IMG/VR virus record: IMGVR_UViG_3300032373_000002
Span: 1 to 64,000 of that record
Reading direction: 5' to 3' (one strand)
DNA length: 64,000 bases
DNA from: a virus
Shown: positions 46,868-53,855 of the stretch, one piece after another
Numbering within the stretch: the first letter of the stretch is position 1
How the letters are laid out: every line of letters starts with the position of its first letter
Notes under the pieces: generated by a model
The model's database searches: none
What the model saw: the letters and a program-made list of their open reading frames with translations, nothing else
Told to the model about the DNA's origin: nothing
Program-made: the position numbers and the translations under genes

Positions 46868-47338
46868 GTGTTCTACACCGCCTACAAGACCACCCACCTC
46901 GCCTCCGGGAAGACTTACATCGGGGTCCACAAGACCAAGAGGACCGACGACCGCTACTTGGGGTCCGGGACCTACTTGAAGAAAGCTATCCGGAAGCATG
47001 GAGCAAAAGCTTTCAAGAAAGATGTCCTCTACATCTTCGACTCTGAGCAGGAAATGCTCGAGAAAGAGAGGGAGTTGGTCGATGAAGCCTTCGTAGCCCG
47101 TCGTGACACCTACAACCTCTCGCTGGGAGGCTTGAAGGTTCCTGACAACACCCATGTCTGGAGAGCCCACGGCTCGGGACAGGGGTTTTCCCCCAACCCC
47201 GCAGGACCCGGAACCGTCCCGTGGAACAAGGGCAAGACTAAAAAGACTTGCTCTAAGGTAAGAGAGAACGCAAAGGCAATAGCTGAAGCGACTAAGAGGA
47301 GGAAGAGGAAAGGCGGTCGGTTCGCGAAAGAGGGCTGA
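46868..47338 (+). CDS. free-standing GIY-YIG homing endonuclease (Seg-like)
   Basis: YTAYKTTHL.SGKTYIGVHKT...D.YLGSG..LKKAI.KHG...F.K; PWNKGK (NUMOD-like) motif. Confidence 0.88.
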   Translation: MFYTAYKTTHLASGKTYIGVHKTKRTDDRYLGSGTYLKKAIRKHGAKAFKKDVLYIFDSEQEMLEKERELVDEAFVARRDTYNLSLGGLKVPDNTHVWRAHGSGQGFSPNPAGPGTVPWNKGKTKKTCSKVRENAKAIAEATKRRKRKGGRFAKEG

Positions 47339-47351
47339 CAACCTATAATAT

Positions 47352-47491
47352 GGCGAGGTGGGCAAAAGGAAAAGCCACTGGTTCAAGGCACCAGAGATTA
47401 GCATCTCTCAGCTGCGCAACTCGCTCTCCTAACCAGAGAGCCCTACGCATCAGCCTACAAGCATTTGCAGGTTCGAGTCCTGCCCTCGCCA
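47352..47491 (+). ncRNA. tRNA-like RNA C (72-nt variable-arm domain; loop TCAAGGC)
   Basis: GGCGAGG/CCTCGCC-A; GGC/GCC D stem; CTGGT/ACCAG; GCAGG-TTCGAGT-CCTGC. Confidence 0.8.
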
Positions 47492-47494
47492 CTC

Positions 47495-47587
47495 AAAACC
47501 TCTCCCCAGAAAAGGGCCGAACCTTCGCTCGGTGTCCGGCTGGAAGCGCCCGCGTGGAGCGTACAACTTCCTCTGGGGAGAGGTTTT
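47495..47587 (+). ncRNA. long-terminal-stem RNA 1
   Basis: 16-bp perfect stem AAAACCTCTCCCCAGA/TCTGGGGAGAGGTTTT enclosing a structured 61-nt core. Confidence 0.5.
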
Positions 47588-47591
47588 TTCT

Positions 47592-47665
47592 GCACTCTTA
47601 GCTCAATCGGATAGAGCACTGCGCTACGGACGCAGGGGTTGGGGGTTCAAGTCCCTCAGAGTGCG
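47592..47665 (+). tRNA. tRNA-Arg(ACG)
   Basis: Canonical cloverleaf; CTGCG-CTACGGA-CGCAG. Confidence 0.95.
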
Positions 47666-47671
47666 TATTTA

Positions 47672-47814
47672 GGGGAAGTCGCCGGATGGTCCGGCAATCG
47701 GTCAGTAAAACCGATGCATCACGCATCTCCAGAAGCGGTCCTCGCCTCCTCCGACCGAAGAGGCACCTCACCAGCTTCCTACAAGCTCAGTAGGTTCGAT
47801 TCCTACCTTCCCCT
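47672..47814 (+). ncRNA. tRNA-like RNA D (74-nt variable-arm domain; loop CAGTAAA)
   Basis: GGGGAAG/CTTCCCC; GCCGG/CCGGC D stem; ATCGGT/ACCGAT; GTAGG-TTCGATT-CCTAC. Confidence 0.8.
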
Positions 47815-47857
47815 CTCCAGTAAAAATGCTCCCTACAAAACCTCTTGAGGAGAGCAA

Positions 47858-48544
47858 ATGACGGAACAGAAGCCCAAGAGACACCTCCGAGAACTTCCGT
47901 GGGTAGCGGGAGACCCCAAGCGACTGGTCTTGACCCCCCTCGGAAGGTTCGTCGCTCAGCCCGTCGGGAACACCGGCTACGGCACCGGCCTCCACGTCTA
48001 CGCTCACTTGGATGGGGAGGAAGAGTCGGTATCTGGACTCTTCTCTTTCGGGGCGAAGATCACTCCTGACGGCAAGGTGGTCTGGTCCCAGCGGCAACCG
48101 AACTACCGCATGAAGCACGACCGGGCTGATGAACTCCTTCAGGCATGCCTGAAAATTGCCGAGGACTGGTTCGAGCGGGACCCGGGCCACTGTGCTTCCT
48201 ACTACGGGGGCCTCGCCCGCCGAGAGCTCTACGAGATGAGCCGAGAAATCCGGAGCGAGGAGCACATCATCGGTGTCCTTCAAGGACTGCTGGAAGACCC
48301 GGCAGCACCGAAGACCCGCAGAGAAAAGCAGCCGGACGGTGAGTGGGTGACGGTCCCACTCACCCCGGAGGAGAGAGAAGAACGACGGAAGACTTGGCGC
48401 CGGAACCTCCTCCGGGCAGAAAAGAAAATAGAGGCCCTGAAAGCTCAACGACCCCGACGCATTCAGTTGGAAGAGATCCGAGACCTGATCGACTTGTTCC
48501 TCGAAGGCGCGATCGACAGTCCCTTCCCATTCCCGGCTGAGTAG
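47858..48544 (+). CDS. hypothetical protein with coiled coil
   Basis: GAGGAG RBS. Confidence 0.7.
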   Translation: MTEQKPKRHLRELPWVAGDPKRLVLTPLGRFVAQPVGNTGYGTGLHVYAHLDGEEESVSGLFSFGAKITPDGKVVWSQRQPNYRMKHDRADELLQACLKIAEDWFERDPGHCASYYGGLARRELYEMSREIRSEEHIIGVLQGLLEDPAAPKTRREKQPDGEWVTVPLTPEEREERRKTWRRNLLRAEKKIEALKAQRPRRIQLEEIRDLIDLFLEGAIDSPFPFPAE

Positions 48545-48575
48545 GGGTAACCTACAGCAAGTCAAGGAGGACTGC

Positions 48576-48800
48576 ATGCCCAACACACTGCCCCCCGTCG
48601 GAACCCGTGTCCGCGCCAAGGTCGATATCCACGACGACGCCTCGAACCGTCGCATCCCTCAGCACGCCAAGGCGGGAGACACGGGAATCGTCGAGGGCTA
48701 CTTCGGCAATGATGAGGTCCCGACGATCAACTGGGGTGCCGGCACTGGCCGCGGGGTCTACGACAGCCCCTGGTACCAGCTGGAAGTCCTCAAGGACTGA
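48576..48800 (+). CDS. small SH3/KOW-like protein
   Basis: PVGTRVR...AGDTGIV...INW; AGGAGG RBS. Confidence 0.6.
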   Translation: MPNTLPPVGTRVRAKVDIHDDASNRRIPQHAKAGDTGIVEGYFGNDEVPTINWGAGTGRGVYDSPWYQLEVLKD

Positions 48801-48816
48801 ACAGGTAAGCGGGCTC

Positions 48817-49053
48817 ATGAGAATAGAGCCCCACCAAAGCTACACCTTCCAGGTCTTCGACGAGAACGACCGCGTCGCAGGCTACCTCAAAAACTCTGAG
48901 GGGGCCTGGGAGTGCTTCGACCCCCACGGGGTCGCCATCCCCACCAACCCTGTCCAAGGGCTGGTACGGGCAGCCGGGGTGGTTCTCCGCGACTACGCCC
49001 TACAGGCGCAGGTGCCCCCGCACTGGAGACGGAGTCGCGGGTATACGCTCTGA
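48817..49053 (+). CDS. hypothetical protein (probably leaderless)
   Basis: ATG 8 nt after GTAA motif. Confidence 0.55.
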   Translation: MRIEPHQSYTFQVFDENDRVAGYLKNSEGAWECFDPHGVAIPTNPVQGLVRAAGVVLRDYALQAQVPPHWRRSRGYTL

Positions 49054-49078
49054 TCGCCAAGGAAGGCAGGAGTCTTCA

Positions 49079-49315
49079 ATGAGCAACAAGCGCAACCATC
49101 GCAGGGGCCACGGACGCATCCAAGGCAACGGACCCCGCTACGAGAACCCGAACCCCTCCGACGGCTGCAACTCCACCCACGTTGCCAAGGGTCGCCGAGA
49201 CTGGAAACGCATCGGCAACCGCGCGCTCCGACGTACCGGAGGCAAGAGCGAAGGCGGGAGGTGGGGTGCCCCATTGACCGGCCCGACCGTAGACCAGGAC
49301 TGGGGCGAAGAGTAA
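49079..49315 (+). CDS. small basic protein
   Basis: AGGAG RBS. Confidence 0.55.
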   Translation: MSNKRNHRRGHGRIQGNGPRYENPNPSDGCNSTHVAKGRRDWKRIGNRALRRTGGKSEGGRWGAPLTGPTVDQDWGEE

Positions 49316-49345
49316 GCCTCTACGAACCCAGCAAGGGAGCGCACG

Positions 49346-49795
49346 ATGGCAGACGGGATGTTCAACAGCGGCGGAGGTTCCTCTTCGGGCGGTAGCGGGG
49401 GCTACAATGACTACAGCACCAACTACTACGGCAGCAGTAATCACGGGGGAGGCGGGGACCTCGGCGCTGGAGGGGTGATCGTGCTCGCGGCGGTTATCGT
49501 CCTCATGGTGGTCGCGGTGGCCTACAACAAACACGCCGAAGCCGAGGCGCTGGCTCAGGAACGGCAGCTGGACCGCACCACCTACAAGAACAACGCCGAA
49601 GCCAACTTCGAAGCCTGGACCGAGGCGATGGGCTTCCAAGTCAAGGAAGGGAGCCTGTTCATGGAGCCGGGTTCCTCTCGCCGGGAGAACTACCACTGCA
49701 AGGGGGGTCAGTTCTTCGACCTGACGACCAACCGGAACATCACCTACTGCTGTGCAGTGCAGAGCAACCCCCCCGCACGCTGCTTGGAGATCTGA
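49346..49795 (+). CDS. single-pass membrane protein
   Basis: Gly/Ser/Tyr-rich N-terminus; TM segment VIVLAAVIVLMVVAVAY; Cys-rich C-terminus. Confidence 0.65.
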   Translation: MADGMFNSGGGSSSGGSGGYNDYSTNYYGSSNHGGGGDLGAGGVIVLAAVIVLMVVAVAYNKHAEAEALAQERQLDRTTYKNNAEANFEAWTEAMGFQVKEGSLFMEPGSSRRENYHCKGGQFFDLTTNRNITYCCAVQSNPPARCLEI

Positions 49796-50105
49796 TGCCC
49801 TACGAAGGCCCGATGCACGTTCGAATTCAAGGGAGCGCGAGGGAGGTCGACCGGCTGAAGGAGAAGCCTCAGCAACAGCCGGTGGCGCGAGGGGAAGGCA
49901 TAGACATAGAGGTCATCCTGTGAGCCTGGGCCAACGCGAAGCAGAGCGGTGCCGCTGGCGCCGGGAGCTGATGAGCCTCCCAGGCGGGGTCCAAGAACTC
50001 CTGCGGGTGGCCACCGCCAACAAGTTCATGGAGCGGCGCATCGGACCCAGGAGCATCCTCTTGAGGGAGCCGTTGCGGTCCAAGATGGCGGAACGAGGCT
50101 GGTAA

Positions 50106-50178
50106 GGGTCCGTAGCTCCACGGGTAGAGCACCGTCCTCTTAAGTCGGGGGTTGAGGGTTCGAGTCCCTCCGAACCCC
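50106..50178 (+). tRNA. tRNA-Lys(CTT)
   Basis: GCTC/GAGC D stem; CTCTTAA loop; GAGGG-TTCGAGT-CCCTC. Confidence 0.85.
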
Positions 50179-50215
50179 CTCCTTGCCGCTGCCGTAACCC
50201 TGAGCGGAGGCAAGA

Positions 50216-50695
50216 ATGAACCGAGAAAAGAAGTTGCGGAAATTCGAGGAGGACTTGCTCCTCTGGGCGGCGAACCAACCCAGCGACGGGATAGAGATCC
50301 AATACCTTCGCCCCAACCGCCTCAACCCGGACTTCCCCGTCGAGGCTTCCGCCAAGTGGCTGGACCGACTGCCCGAAGGGCCCCTGAAGGCCCAGAAGGC
50401 GCTCAGAAAGACCCAAGAGGACTACCTGGCCCTGGGGCGTAAGGGGTGCTCCTCCGATAACCTGGACTGGGTTCGGCTGGTAGCCGAACTGCGGGGGATG
50501 CACTGGGACTGCCCAACCCTCGGTGTCTGGGTAGACTTCCAGCCGCCCTCCGACGAGGGCATGAAAGACAAGATCCTCCTGGTTTCCCTGGACTGGCGGT
50601 GGTGGGGCATCGATGACCGCTTCGGCCACCGTCGGCGGAAGGTGTTCACGTACAAGACCGTGGCCGAGTACTCCGGCCCGCTCCCCAAGGTGTAG
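50216..50695 (+). CDS. hypothetical protein
   Basis: GGAGG RBS. Confidence 0.65.
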   Translation: MNREKKLRKFEEDLLLWAANQPSDGIEIQYLRPNRLNPDFPVEASAKWLDRLPEGPLKAQKALRKTQEDYLALGRKGCSSDNLDWVRLVAELRGMHWDCPTLGVWVDFQPPSDEGMKDKILLVSLDWRWWGIDDRFGHRRRKVFTYKTVAEYSGPLPKV

Positions 50696-50696
50696 C

Positions 50697-51137
50697 ATGG
50701 AAGATTTCAAGCGGATGAGGGTAGCCGAACTGCGGGCTGAGCTGGACGAACACGGAGTCCAGTACAAGGCATCGACGCGCAAGCCGGAACTCCTCCGGCT
50801 CCTGGAGTTAGCCATCAAGGCCAAGAAGAGGGTGCACGCCCTCCGCATCCTGGATGAGATCGAGTACTGGTTCGTAAAGATGGCACCCCCGCCGCAGCCC
50901 GACATCATCGCGGAAGGGCTCCAGGACAAGACCGAGGGGTGGACATTCAACGTCCACACCAAGGAAGTCAAGCGGTACTGGACCACCCACTGGAATCACG
51001 GCAAGGTCGGGCGGGTGGAGGGTTGGTCGCAGGGCGGCGTGGACCTCTTCCGCAAGAAAGAAGACGCACATCGGCGGATGCGGTACGAGTACCTCCGGCG
51101 GATGATCAAGGGATTGGAGGGCCTGGACGCCCCGTAA
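50697..51137 (+). CDS. SAP/HeH (Rho-N-like) nucleic-acid-binding domain protein
   Basis: MRVAELRAELDEHGV......RKPELLRLL. Confidence 0.65.
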   Translation: MEDFKRMRVAELRAELDEHGVQYKASTRKPELLRLLELAIKAKKRVHALRILDEIEYWFVKMAPPPQPDIIAEGLQDKTEGWTFNVHTKEVKRYWTTHWNHGKVGRVEGWSQGGVDLFRKKEDAHRRMRYEYLRRMIKGLEGLDAP

Positions 51138-51227
51138 CGACATGCAACACCAACCATGGAGTCTCCCAGGCCGAGAGAAGAAGACCTGAGAGACTGGGCG
51201 GAGGGTAACACTTCTTGCACGCTAAAT

Positions 51228-51311
51228 GCGGTGGTGGCGGAATCGGTCTACGCAGCAGATTCAAAATCTGCCGACCTTCGGGTCTTGAGGGTTCGAATCC
51301 CTCTCACCGCA
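51228..51311 (+). tRNA. tRNA-Leu(CAA)
   Basis: Canonical class II; GCAGA-TTCAAAA-TCTGC. Confidence 0.95.
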
Positions 51312-51504
51312 CTCAACCCCTGGAGCCTACGATGCACCCAAGCCGAAGCCGATACTGCACGGCCAAGCACCCCCAGACCGGGGAGCGGTGCCGCCGGAAG
51401 TGGATGCACTGGGGTCAGCATCGGACCCACGCCGACGCCAAGGGCATCGTCCTGAAGTGGTTCGGCTCGACCAACAACTGAGACTTGGAGCTCCGGTAAC
51501 AACA

Positions 51505-51791
51505 CTTGCGCCAGGAAGCCCTAACGCCGGCAACCCATGGTGGGTTGTACGGGCATCTTGGAGGCAGAGTCCGGGGGTTCGAGTCCCCCCTACAACACCT
51601 TCCCTACTCTAAACACCACACTCTGTTGTGTTCGGAAGGTGCCGTAAGTAACCCAAGCCGCTGAAACTGACAGTAGAGCGTGTAAGGCTGAGGTGGGAGG
51701 TTGCTGGTGGAGGCTCTTGTGGCTGGATCTGGGTATCCTTGGGGAGTTTAACTGCCTCCTTGAAGAGAGGTTCGATTCCTCTCCTGGCCTT
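51505..51791 (+). ncRNA. structured non-coding region with two T-arms
   Basis: GGGGG-TTCGAGT-CCCCC and GAGAGG-TTCGATT-CCTCTC; several long helices; no credible ORF. Confidence 0.5.
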
Positions 51792-51810
51792 TTGAGAAGA
51801 GAACTCACCT

Positions 51811-51820
51811 CTTTGAAAAC
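51811..51820 (+). promoter_or_regulatory. boxA-like element
   Basis: CTCTTTGAAAAC upstream of second tRNA run. Confidence 0.5.
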
Positions 51821-51969
51821 CCAAGCTGATCGACTTCCCCCCGGAGGGTGGTTGCCTCAACAGCAACACCCTCTTGGTCAGGGGACAGCCGCTGAGGGAG
51901 TGCGGCTGCTAAGGGACCAGGGTTCCCCGGACAACAACCACACCGTCCAAAACCCGAACCCCTCTTCAT

Positions 51970-52067
51970 GTACCAGGTAGCTCAACGGGAGAGTATCGCG
52001 GGGCCTACGAACTCCGGAGGTTCAGCGCCTAATGCGAAGGTTGCAGGTTCGAGTCCTGCCTTGGTAC
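51970..52067 (+). ncRNA. tRNA-like RNA E (G-1:C73 His-type end, extended anticodon arm)
   Basis: G-TACCAGG/CTTGGTA-C; TAGCTCAACGGGAGAG D arm; TCGCG/TGCGA stem enclosing nested hairpins. Confidence 0.75.
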
Positions 52068-52075
52068 CTCAAATC

Positions 52076-52159
52076 CTGAGGGTGGAGAAAATGTCATACT
52101 CGGCGGGTTGGGCACTCGCTGGCCAAGCGGTCGTGTAGGTTCGAATCCTACCCCTCAGG
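52076..52159 (+). tRNA. class-II tRNA with GGG anticodon (identity uncertain)
   Basis: CTGAGGG/CCCTCAG-G; GCGGG-TTGGGCA-CTCGC; TGGCC/GGTCG variable arm; GTAGG/CCTAC. Confidence 0.75.
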
Positions 52160-52259
52160 TCGTCCCAGGCCTCCTAACGCCTCAGAGACCCTTGCAGTAG
52201 TCCGGCAAGGAGAGAGGCAGCAGGGGGTGCTGGCACCCTTCCGAGAGGTACATCTGAGT

Positions 52260-52336
52260 CGGGGAATAGCGCAGTCTGGTAGCGCAGCGGCTTTGGGAGC
52301 CGAAGGTCGTAGGTTCGAATCCTGCTTCCCCGACCA
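52260..52336 (+). tRNA. tRNA-Pro(TGG), CCA encoded
   Basis: Canonical; C1:G72; CTTTGGGAG around the anticodon. Confidence 0.95.
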
Positions 52337-52391
52337 CCAACACGACCTTCCGCCGCGCTCTGGAGCGCTTGGCGAGCAGGTAACAACGGAT

Positions 52392-52630
52392 AGGCAAGCC
52401 TGATTGCCTGGTTCGGGCGGAGCAGTTCTCCTGGGGGACTGCAACACCGCTAACAAAACGAACCGAAGCAGACGGGGATGCGCATCCCCGCTGACGCTGG
52501 ATGCATAAGCCTTGGGGAAGGCTGAAACCTCTGGGTCGGGGACGCCCGATTCGGAGGAGAACCCGGCGACACCTTGCCGGCCTGGATCCGAGGCGAGTGG
52601 TGTGACCCAGTCGGGGAGAGTCCCGGCACC
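52392..52630 (+). ncRNA. large multi-hairpin RNA
   Basis: At least 7 perfect or near-perfect hairpins back to back; starts 8 nt after a GTAA motif. Confidence 0.55.
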
Positions 52631-52632
52631 TT

Positions 52633-52705
52633 GATGACATAGCTCAGCAGGTAGAGCAGCAGATTGTTAATCTGCCGGTCCCAGGTTCGAGCCCTGGTGT
52701 CATCG
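52633..52705 (+). tRNA. tRNA-Asn(GTT)
   Basis: GCAGA-TTGTTAA-TCTGC; canonical D and T arms. Confidence 0.93.
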
Positions 52706-52737
52706 TCACCGAAAACTGAGGCAGGCCACCTCGGCTG

Positions 52738-52821
52738 CCGGACCCCCCACCCACGCCAGACGCGCGAGCGCGCCGGGGCCAACCTGGGCTCCTCGAACGG
52801 GAGTTGGAGTGGGGGGTCCGG
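52738..52821 (+). ncRNA. long-terminal-stem RNA 2
   Basis: CCGGACCCCCCAC/GTGGGGGGTCCGG 13-bp stem with structured core. Confidence 0.5.
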
Positions 52822-52839
52822 ATAGGTAACACCAAACAT

Positions 52840-52911
52840 CTCTCCGTAGTTCAACGGACAGAACTTCGGCCTCCTAAGCCGAAAATCCAGGTTCGAATCC
52901 TGGCGGGGAGA
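52840..52911 (+). tRNA. tRNA-Arg(CCT)
   Basis: TCGGC-CTCCTAA-GCCGA; canonical. Confidence 0.93.
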
Positions 52912-52969
52912 CTCAACTTGACAGAGACCGTTCAACTTGTCCGGCTTGGCATAGCCAAAGGAGGACGGG

Positions 52970-53191
52970 ATGAGTCAAGAAGAAAGAGAGCGTGAGTTCT
53001 TCCAGCGCCTGTTGGCGCTCACCAAGCAGTACGGAGTGACCGAAATCGGAAGCTGCGGTTGCTGCGGGGGTGTCCGGGTCAACTGGGAGGGCGTGCAGTA
53101 CGACAACGTCGAGGTCAACAAAAACGGCCTCTGCGCCAGTCGCTACGACATCCAAGCCAAGACCTACAACGGGTCGCAGAAGCTCACATAA
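52970..53191 (+). CDS. small protein with CGCC motif
   Basis: AGGAGG RBS. Confidence 0.6.
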   Translation: MSQEEREREFFQRLLALTKQYGVTEIGSCGCCGGVRVNWEGVQYDNVEVNKNGLCASRYDIQAKTYNGSQKLT

Positions 53192-53509
53192 GCTCTTCGC
53201 GAGGACCTCTGCGCGCAGCCCTGCCTCTTCAGAGGGGATCGGGGTGAAGTGGGGTGACCAGGGGGAGAGGCCCCTTTCATTAAGCCTCAGCAACCACTTG
53301 TCCTGAGCCGCCCGTGTAGAGGGAGCAGCCGAGTAGATGTCCGGGGAGAGCGAAAGCCGAACCGGCAGTCAAGAAGGGGTTCCGAGCGGGGTCAAGTCGC
53401 AGTAGCACCAGCGTCTCGAGTAAGCTGGTCGCGACCTTCGGAGGGACAGGCATCGGAGGAGCCACACCACCTTCGGGTGGGTGCTTGGGTTCGAATCCCA
53501 AGGGGGGCC
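53192..53509 (+). ncRNA. about 318-nt structured RNA with tRNA-like ends
   Basis: TTGGG-TTCGAAT-CCCAA T arm; GCTCTTC/GGGGGGC closing helix; UUCG/GNRA hairpins. Confidence 0.55.
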
Positions 53510-53558
53510 GTTCAGTAGTTATTGCCCCTATTTCCAGCCCTGGTTGGAGGTAGGGGCA

Positions 53559-53855
53559 ATGCTTTTCTTGAAAGGGTTCCTGATAGGATCCACGTCGGTC
53601 GGTGCGGGCACGTGGCGGATGCTGTCGGTTCATGAAGGCCGCCCGCTCAACACAGTCTTGGCGTCGAGCCTTATCTCCGTCACCTACATCTTCGGGGTCA
53701 ACTTCGTCGTCAAGGAGCAGTGGGCGGGCTACATCGGATTCAGCGTGGGGGCAGCCTTGGCGACCGGATTGTTGGCACACAAGAGGAAGAACCGGCCCAC
53801 GGTAATCCTCCTTGAGGAGAAATGCGATGCGCGACACCCTGAGAAGGAATCTTGA
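53559..53855 (+). CDS. small membrane protein (about 3 TM)
   Basis: Hydrophobic segments; purine-rich RBS. Confidence 0.6.
   Translation: MLFLKGFLIGSTSVGAGTWRMLSVHEGRPLNTVLASSLISVTYIFGVNFVVKEQWAGYIGFSVGAALATGLLAHKRKNRPTVILLEEKCDARHPEKES

Noticed and set aside
46708-52067. tRNA introns (BHB or group I) explaining RNAs B, C, D and E
   Set aside because: Inserts are far too short for group I and lack P7-type motifs. No clean 3-4-3 bulge-helix-bulge is present, and removal at 37/38 gives no canonical anticodon loop. The C and D inserts lie in the variable arm.
52181-52258. SRP (4.5S)-like RNA within the CTCAGA/TCTGAG stem
   Set aside because: It lacks the conserved CAGG..GNRA..AGCAG helix-8 geometry. 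It is structured but unassignable.
52392-53509. tmRNA (one- or two-piece); frame ANKTNRSRRGCASPLTLDA* at 52449 looks faintly tag-like
   Set aside because: No G3:U70/A73 alanine acceptor, no resume-codon context, and the frame runs through strong hairpins.
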